Made by a program: the position numbers and the translations under genes | Shown here: positions 58,101 through 64,000 of the stretch, piece after piece | Numbering within the stretch: the stretch's first letter is position 1 | Layout of the letters: the number at the start of each line of letters is the position of its first letter | The notes under the pieces: generated by a model | The model's database searches: none | What the model saw: the letters and a program-made list of their open reading frames with translations, nothing else | What the model was told of the DNA's origin: nothing | Source of the DNA: an uncultured Spirochaetota bacterium | GTDB lineage: Bacteria; Spirochaetota; Spirochaetia; SZUA-6; Fen-1364 | Direction: 5' to 3' | DNA: 64,000 nt | NCBI GenBank assembly: GCA_963845535.1 | Contig: CAWJSK010000001.1 | Coordinates: 128,001-192,000, forward strand

Positions 58101-58259
58101 GGTGCCGAACCGGGAAAGCGCCACGTCCACGGCATCCACGGCGGTGGAGCAAAAGCGCACTTGGGTGGCGGTGAAATCATCCGCACGCGCCGGCGCCGCG
58201 GCGGAGAGCGCGGCGGCAAGGCCCGTAAGGCAAACCAAGACCAATCTGAATCTGTTCAC
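55125..58259 (-). CDS. Secreted WD40 beta-propeller + transglutaminase-like + TPR protein
   Basis: Signal peptide ending ARA. Several (F/L)SPDG WD40 repeats, GQCDDLSVL...PGHIF...PVETT, and C-terminal TPRs (NQLGILYAQFG...A..HFEKA). Confidence 0.85.
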   Translation of the reverse strand: MNRFRLVLVCLTGLAAALSAAAPARADDFTATQVRFCSTAVDAVDVALSRFGTYTAIADRTDGNSVRVLDENWELLWRHRQPVYWAGTFRHAPMLQFAPDESFLIYPAYRTENDITLVNPRTGEPISVLSGHSGTVDCIALSPDGARMVSAAEKEVFLWRRDGASFTLADKLADHEGSVNSVAFSPDGSLVVTCETDDTARRIVLYRVDQDHLTAVSKYENEENNLSYEFSQLAFSPDGRWIAAGYADVLMVFERTGTDLRLAQKVPDIELGAVISVAFTPDGALLLTGHYRDVRAWRLVNGSWQAAATFTPHIGLVRAMRFSMDGTRLAIAGRADTNAVGQWSLTGVGPSPLGGLFTLLGGKLSTAQRDFLDDATSARILSSLAPADTAPRDMFETEKEYAARRGKARGRAASLLQEETEKHFSAERAPAKGALYEVSVPLQTQGTYAIDSKTYSIHFMDTDAVVKLERDPARDLYKNWQAARVRATRLQTDDGTTYDDFRVSLPDTTEQFPVGLWENPFTGEKLDRYGARVPSTTIGPDLLVRNLSIDGVFPALFHYYADHSLGTLTLQNTGANTITDLSVRLNVPGLMKAPTDAAAPAALGVGQSVDVSIRAVFDPSVLDRNQGGSVSAELSIQYTVGGKPYADTIRRPIGLLNRNAMRWTNDLKVGAFMSTDDPALLRWSGQVMGMGDDLATNVLTRNLFSAVRMFEGMKATGVRYVVDPATPYESLSRDSTAIDFLRFPTETLDAKSGQCDDLSVLYNSLLESVGVDTAYITTPGHIFAAFNLGMTPELASKTFAKSEDLIVRAGVVWMPVETTMVDEGFTKAWQTAAVEWREASERGTAGFFTSKEAWQLYLPAGFFGVPSTVPPARDQMLALLNGEIDAFRAAVLAPREADLLAALAKSPSAAQENQLGILYAQFGLLSKALEHFEKAIVASKYVPAMINAANVCGLKKDYAKAQEYLKRAQKLQPENTRVLIALAYSYFQAGNQVDAKKAYQRMSKVDPGLAARYPLFGAAAAAPGQGRAARADKAAELFGTDWTQ

Positions 58260-58316
58260 GATTGTGCGCTCCCTTTGGTTTGCCGCGAGTGTACCACGGC
58301 CCGCGGCCCGAGGCCA

Positions 58317-59456
58317 CTATCGGTTGACGTGCACGACCTTTGCCGGCGGGAACCCGTTGAAGAAAGTGGCGGAAGCGTGACTGTACGCGCCAATCATGTC
58401 GCTGTACACGAAATCCCCTCTTCGCAGGAGGGGCAGGTTTTCCGCCACGGAAATCACGTCCAGGGCGTCACAGGTGGGCCCGAAGACCGCGCTGATCTGC
58501 GTTGGGCCGTCCTTGAAAGCTTTCACGGGGTATTGGCAGTGGTCGAAAATGATCCCCGAGTAGGTGTGATAGACGCCGTCATTTACGTAGTAGCACTTCT
58601 TGCCATCCCGGACCGCCGTGCCGATTACTTCCGAGACGGAGTACCCCGAGGATGCCACCAGGAACCGTCCCGGCTCGGCAAGGACCTCGATGTTGGGCGG
58701 GAACAGCCGGTCCAGCTCCGAGTTGATGATGGCGGCCAGCTCATGGAACGGCTTGACCGTCTCATTGTATGCGACAGGGAACCCGCCCCCGATGTCCACC
58801 AGGTTCATGGCGGTGTAGCCTCGGTCCTTGGCTTCCTCGAAGACGCTCGCCGTGAGCTCCAAGGCCTGGACGTAGTTTCCGAAGTTCGTTGTCTGGCTTC
58901 CCACGTGGAAGCTGATCCCCTCAACCACGAGCCCCGCCTTGTCCGCATCCAGAATGAGGTCCACCGCTTCCCCCGGGGAGGCGCCGAACTTCGATGAGAG
59001 CTCCACCATGGCCCCCGTGTTGGGGACCCGGAGCCTGAGGGCGAGCCCCGCGTGCGGGGCAAACTCCTTGATCTTCTGGATCTCATCCGCGTTGTCGAAC
59101 GTCACCAGGGGCTTGTACTGATCCAGCTTTGCCAGCGTCTGCGGGGTCTTGGTGGGGTTGGCATAGATGATCCTGTCCCAGATCCAGTCCTGGCGCTTGT
59201 CCGCCGGCATGTCCCTGATGTTTTCATAGACCACCATGAACTCCGGCAGGGAGGCCACGTCGAAGCTCGATCCTTCCTCGAAAAGGGTCCGCACGATGGC
59301 GGGGTCCGGATTGGCCTTCACGGCGAAGTAGGCCTGCACGCGCGGCAGGTGCTCACGGAAAGTCCGATAGCTCTTTCGGATTTCCTCATGATCAACGACG
59401 AACAGGGGCGTTCCGTGCTCCCTGCCCAGTTCTTCCAGACGACCGCGTTCGATCAC
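58317..59456 (-). CDS. Fold-III PLP-dependent ornithine (or lysine/ornithine) decarboxylase
   Basis: YFAVKAN (PLP Lys), FDVAS, SSKFGA, SFHVGSQ, DIGGGF, AEPGRF, FGPTCD, GAYS, FNGF. Likely GTG start at 59456 after GGGAG. Confidence 0.92.
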   Translation of the reverse strand: MIERGRLEELGREHGTPLFVVDHEEIRKSYRTFREHLPRVQAYFAVKANPDPAIVRTLFEEGSSFDVASLPEFMVVYENIRDMPADKRQDWIWDRIIYANPTKTPQTLAKLDQYKPLVTFDNADEIQKIKEFAPHAGLALRLRVPNTGAMVELSSKFGASPGEAVDLILDADKAGLVVEGISFHVGSQTTNFGNYVQALELTASVFEEAKDRGYTAMNLVDIGGGFPVAYNETVKPFHELAAIINSELDRLFPPNIEVLAEPGRFLVASSGYSVSEVIGTAVRDGKKCYYVNDGVYHTYSGIIFDHCQYPVKAFKDGPTQISAVFGPTCDALDVISVAENLPLLRRGDFVYSDMIGAYSHASATFFNGFPPAKVVHVNR

Positions 59457-59473
59457 GAACGTGCTCCCATCAA

Positions 59474-60943
59474 TCAGTCCCCTTCTTTCACGAGAAAATT
59501 TCTGAACTGCCACGGATCCGAGAAGTCGAAGTCCGGGTTGCTGTATTTTTCGAAGGTCCTGGGAAGGTCCTTGAGCGGCGTCCAATCCGATGGCGTGGAG
59601 ATGAACCGTCCCAGGTACGGGCGGGCAAGGTCCAGCACGAAGTCATGGGGTAGGTCCTCCGGCAGCACCACCCCGCGCTCGGGATTCTGGATCATCCAGG
59701 TGACCGCTGCAACAACGGAAATGGCCACTTGCATGGTTGTAGCGTTGTGATGGGGCAGGAGTCGACGGGACTCTTCAATGCTCAGGTCGCTCCCGATCCA
59801 CCACGATACGAGGGGATGGCCCATGAGGAGGGCTCCGAGTGCGTCATTGCCCGTGGTGATTTCATCAGTCATGATCCGTTGGCGCGACTGGAGCTTGTAA
59901 TTGTTGCCGCGCAATTCCGTCAGGGAAGCGATGGCTGCGTCGCACGGACAGTAGGCGTAATGCACGGTGGGACGATACACGGGCTTGCCCGCCTCTTTCA
60001 CCGTCAGCCGCTCGGAGATGCTGAAAGCCTCCCCGTGCCGGATCACCATGCCTTGGATGGGCCCGGAGGGGACCCACGAACGCACCCAGGTGTTCATCCC
60101 CATGCGCGCCAGGCAGATCTGGTTGCACGGCCCGGCCGAATGCTGGAATGAGAGAGGAGGCAGCCATTTCTCATGCGTCCCCCATCCCATCTCCGCCGTG
60201 GTGGTGCCCTCCTCATGGAAGCCTTCGATGCTCCACGTGTTGACGAACTCATCCACGGCTTTCGGAAGGTTTGCCACTTGCGTGTCACGTTCGCTGCAAT
60301 GGATGACCTTGACGCCCAGGGCTTTTGCCAGCGGGCCGAAGCTCCGGGACTCCAGGTGCGCGCGGATTTCATCCGCGGTGCCGTCACGCAACGCCCCACG
60401 CGCGCTGCCGTCCGACAGCACTGCGTTGGCCACGTCCATGAGGCCTCGCTTGGTGAAATGGGAGATCAGCCCGGGGTTGGCCCCATGCTCGAGCACTGCC
60501 GTGGGACCCGGCTCCTTCCATTTTGCCAGCCTGTCCCACAGCCGCATATGGCGCCAGTACAAGGTCCTGTTCGTGGGAGGGGTGGAACCGTCCGCCGTGT
60601 ACGGGTCCCACACCTCCGTGGAAGTGTTGACGTACAGGACCCCGTGGTCATGGCACCACTGCAGGATGTCCCCCGCGTCGATATTCCATGCGAGGTCGAT
60701 TATCAGGTCTCCCCGCGAGGCGTATTTCCCCAGCAACGCGCCCAGGTTCTCCGGCGCCACGCGGGCTCGAACAACTGTCGCTCCCTTTGCCGTCCATTCA
60801 GCGAGGCGGGGAGCGCGGTCCTCGAAGTCCATGATGGTGAGCGTGCGGGGGTCAGCGTCCAGGTGGCGAAAGAGGATGGGCAAAGTGCATTCAGCAACGG
60901 CGCCGAAGCCGAGGAAAAGAATTCTTCCTGGGAAATGAGTCAT
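59474..60943 (-). CDS. hss: Homospermidine synthase
   Basis: GFGAV, EHGANPGLISHF, IHCSERDTQ, EFVNTWSIEG, AEMGWGTHE, YRPTVHYAY, NATTMQV, PWQFRNF. Confidence 0.93.
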   Translation of the reverse strand: MTHFPGRILFLGFGAVAECTLPILFRHLDADPRTLTIMDFEDRAPRLAEWTAKGATVVRARVAPENLGALLGKYASRGDLIIDLAWNIDAGDILQWCHDHGVLYVNTSTEVWDPYTADGSTPPTNRTLYWRHMRLWDRLAKWKEPGPTAVLEHGANPGLISHFTKRGLMDVANAVLSDGSARGALRDGTADEIRAHLESRSFGPLAKALGVKVIHCSERDTQVANLPKAVDEFVNTWSIEGFHEEGTTTAEMGWGTHEKWLPPLSFQHSAGPCNQICLARMGMNTWVRSWVPSGPIQGMVIRHGEAFSISERLTVKEAGKPVYRPTVHYAYCPCDAAIASLTELRGNNYKLQSRQRIMTDEITTGNDALGALLMGHPLVSWWIGSDLSIEESRRLLPHHNATTMQVAISVVAAVTWMIQNPERGVVLPEDLPHDFVLDLARPYLGRFISTPSDWTPLKDLPRTFEKYSNPDFDFSDPWQFRNFLVKEGD

Positions 60944-61000
60944 GATACGCGGCCGCCCCCTTGCTGCGTTGGCTCGTCTCTCTGCCGTTTTCCGGGACGC

Positions 61001-61029
61001 ACTATAGGGCCATTGACGGCGCTTTGCAA
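61001..61029 (-). promoter_or_regulatory. Putative sigma70 promoter of hss-odc
   Basis: Minus strand TTGCAA-N17-TATAGT. Confidence 0.55.
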
Positions 61030-61056
61030 TAGGTCGGGCAGGCAGGCAAAGGTCGG

Positions 61057-63500
61057 TCAGTACGTCTGGCGCAGATGCATGACGGAAAGAGCGCGCGTGA
61101 AGTCTGGGAGCGCTGAGGGCTCACGCGGCTGGAACGAAATGGTCCGAGGGGAATCCGGCAGCAGCGTGAAGCAGTTGTCGGAGAACTCTCCGCGAATCCC
61201 GGCGGCGAAAAAAGACACGAAGAAGGCCGGTTTGTCGGCGCTCACCGTGATCGAGTAGCCGTTGTCCGCCGGCCGGCAATCGAGCGTCACCTTTGCGTCG
61301 GCAAGATCGCATCTCTTCGGCTCTGTCAGGAACACTTCGCTGCAGACCTCTTCGGAGGCGTCTGCGAATCGCAGGGAGACGAACGCCTTCTCCGGAGAGT
61401 CCACCAGCTCGGAGAGGCGCCAGCTTTTCACCATCTGCGAGCTTCCAGCCGCGGCCCGGACATCGGCGTCCTCCTCCCGGATCTTCCTCCCCGCGAAGTC
61501 GAACACGCTCATTGCCGCGTTCCTGCGGACTTCCGTGGTCAGGTCATTGGTGATCCACACCTCCAGCCGACCGTCTTTCAGCGTTCCCGAAAGGAGGACG
61601 GGGGCGTAGAACCTCTTTGCCGCGTAATGGAGGAGCTTCCATGTTCCCGAGTAGTCGATGGATGACCAGGAGCAGACCGGCCAATTGTCGTCAAGCTGCC
61701 AGTACAACGTCCCCATGCACGTGGGCCGCAGTCGTCTCCAGTGCTCCACCGCGGTGCGGATTGCGAGTGCTTGCTGGACCTGGCTGAGGTACACGAAGTT
61801 CTCGAATCCCTGGGGCATGCGGAAATAGCGCGTGAACATCTCCGTGATGATGGAGTTGCCGCGCGGGTGGCGCTGGTGGTGCTCCATCACCGGGGAGGTT
61901 GCGTTGAAGTCCTTCGGAGCAGCGTACATGCGGACGGCCTCCAGTGACGGAAAAGACTGAAAGCCGAACTCCGAGCAGAAGCGCGGGGTCACGTCGAGAA
62001 ACGCGCTGAACGGTTTCCCTTCGTGCCAAACGCTCCAGTAGTGCATGTCGCCGCGCCTGTCGTCGTGCCAGTTGTCCGAGTAGTCCCCACGACCCGCGGA
62101 GGGTGAGCTCGGCCAGAAAGTCCTCGTGGGGTCGCATTCGTCAACGATCCTTCCGACGGTCCCCTCGTTCAGCCTGTCGTAGTCCACGATGTAACGATCC
62201 CGGTTCTGCCGCGATTCGGGAAACCACCTCAGTGCGCCAACATCCTCGTTGTTCCCGCACCATAAGGCAATGGAGGGATGGTCGCGAAGCCGTTTCACCT
62301 GGTGGCGTATCTCTTCCCCGACGCTGGAGAGGAAATCCCGGGTAGCCGGGTACAACGCGCAGGAGAACATCATGTCATGCCAGAGGAGAATCCCTTTCTC
62401 GTCGCAGAGGGAGTAGAAGTCATCGCTTTCGTATTTCCCTCCGCCCCAGACCCGGATCATGTTCATGTGAGCGCGCGCGGCGCTCGAAAGGAGGTGTTCC
62501 AGGCGCGGGCGGCTTTCCCGTTGGGGGAGAGCATCATGGGGGATCCAGTTCGCCCCTTTGCAGAAGATGTCCTGGCCGTTGACCCGGAAAACCATGGAAA
62601 GCCCATGGGCGTCCTCACGGCTGACGAGCTCGAGGCCGCGAAGCCCGATGCGCTTGGAGACCGCGTCACCGCCCAGACGCACGGTGAGGTCGTACAGCGG
62701 TTGAGGCCCGTAGCCATTGGGCCACCACAGCTTCGGGTCCTCGATCGTCACCTCGACCTCCGGCCTGTTGAAGCCCTTCTTCAGGGGGACTGTCCGAGAA
62801 GCGCGCCGCCCGCCGATGGTCGCCTCCAGCTCCAAGCTGCCTTCACGCGCGGCCAGGCACTCCACGAAGACCGTGACGGTGCACGCATCCTTTTCGTGCT
62901 TCTGCTCGGTCATCACGTAATCAATGCGCACGTCGGAAAATGCCTGGAGCGAGATGTCTCCATAAATGCCGGCCACCATGAGGCAGGGTCCCCAGTCCCA
63001 TCCCGCGTGGCACTGGACCTTGCGGACGAGGTTGCGGTGCTGCGACTGCACCGGGCTTTGCGTGTGCGGCACGGGATAGGGAAGCGTCTTTGCCCTCTCC
63101 CGGGCCACGGTCTCAGCGGAAGTGAAGCGCACCTGAATTTCGTTCTTCCCCGCCCGGAGGAAAGGCTTTGCATCGAAGCGTCGGCGGGAGAACATGTTGT
63201 CGGAGCTGCCGACTTTCTGTCCGTTCAGAGAGACGTCTGCAATCGTGTCCAGCGAGTCGCAGGAAAGATAAATCTGTTCCTCAGCCAGGAATTCCTTCCC
63301 GGTGTCGAACGTACGCTGGAAAATCCAGTCTTCCCGGCCCACCCACTGCACATCCAGCTCGTTCATCCCATTGTACGGGTCGGGATCTTTCCCGCGGCCA
63401 GCAAGGCGGAGTGCGTGTCACCGGGAACGCGCGCGGGCACTGCCTCACGCGTGGCGGCGCGCACGAGCTGCCACTCACCGGCAAGGTCGATTCTCTGCAT
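61057..63500 (-). CDS. GH2 beta-mannosidase (frameshift ~63383)
   Basis: GWDWGP, LWWPNGYG, KGANWIP, RVWGGG.YE, WCGNNE, RFCSEFGFQS, YWQLDD.WP. The N-terminus MQRIDLAGEWQL...VPGDTHSALLAAGKIP joins DPYNGMNE on adding one C. Confidence 0.93.
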
Positions 63501-63610
63501 CAGCCTGCCGCCGACAGTATTCCCGCCCAGTCGATGGTGTATGCTCTTTTCTCCATGGCATGCGTTTTCTCATACCAGGGGAAATGTTTCAATCGAGGGC
63601 TCTGCCGACG

Positions 63611-64000
63611 TTACACTGCCCGCAGTTCGCTGACCCCCGCGGCGGCTGGAGCGTTTTCGCTGATCGCATCCACATACCGTCGGACGGATGCCTCCAACGC
63701 TTTCTTGGCCCCGCTTGAAACGACAGCGTCCCACCAGGCGCCGTAGATCCGATCGAAGCGGAAGGGGGCAACGGCGTTCGCGATCCGACGGACTGCCGAA
63801 GCGGGCAGCGGGATGAGGTTGGGATAGCTGTACATGAAGCTCACGTAACGCTTGTCCGCGGCAACGTAGATCGAGTCTCCGGTGTGCAAGGACCCCCGGC
63901 CGCCGACGCCGGGCTGCCAATGGAGCACCGAAGACCCGGGGAAATGCCCTCCCACGCGGATGAGTGTGGCCCCCGGGGATATCTCCAACTGCCCGCCCTC
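63611..64000 (-). CDS. MBL-fold metallo-hydrolase, C-terminal part (5' end outside window)
   Basis: GGHFPGSSVLHW, TGD, VSFMYSYPNLIPL, FDRIYGAWW. Confidence 0.85.
   Translation of the reverse strand, partial: EGGQLEISPGATLIRVGGHFPGSSVLHWQPGVGGRGSLHTGDSIYVAADKRYVSFMYSYPNLIPLPASAVRRIANAVAPFRFDRIYGAWWDAVVSSGAKKALEASVRRYVDAISENAPAAAGVSELRAV

Noticed and set aside
1..64000. tRNA, rRNA, CRISPR arrays, integrases, transposases, prophage genes
   Set aside because: None recognised. Intergenic gaps are short and lack cloverleaf or repeat-spacer patterns.

Overview
High-GC bacterial chromosomal window, almost fully coding. A Spirochaetia-like host is inferred from the gene families only. From left to right it holds: a type I restriction-modification locus in which hsdM is fused in frame to only the 3' tip of hsdS, followed by a DUF4143 AAA ATPase, hsdR and an M48/DUF45 protein; a complete leftward V/A-type ATP synthase operon (G-I-K-E-C-F-A-B-D) ending in a PTS EIIA-like gene and preceded by a stand-alone MshEN-like mini-protein; a GntR-headed BMP nucleoside ABC transporter with a nucleoside phosphorylase; a TetR-ADH-nitroreductase unit with a duplicated promoter/operator; convergent RRM and DEAD-box genes; an imuA-imuB-dnaE2 mutagenesis cassette with an SOS-box-like palindrome; a 7-gene MoxR/DUF58/VWA membrane cluster; a GH4 glycosidase with an unusual N-terminal domain plus VOC and amidohydrolase genes; a MATE transporter; ald-lrp-panB; a secreted WD40-transglutaminase-like-TPR protein; a homospermidine synthase/ornithine decarboxylase pair; a GH2 beta-mannosidase; and a partial MBL hydrolase. 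Seven single-base frameshifts in six unrelated genes look like sequencing-error indels rather than biology. Several orphan 3' gene remnants are present. I saw no rRNA, tRNA, CRISPR array, integrase or transposase. The best novelty candidates are the GH4 fused to a DgpB/DUF6379-like domain, the regulatory flanks of the V/A-ATPase, and the hsdM::hsdS fusion. All family assignments come from motif recognition by eye, not from database searches.
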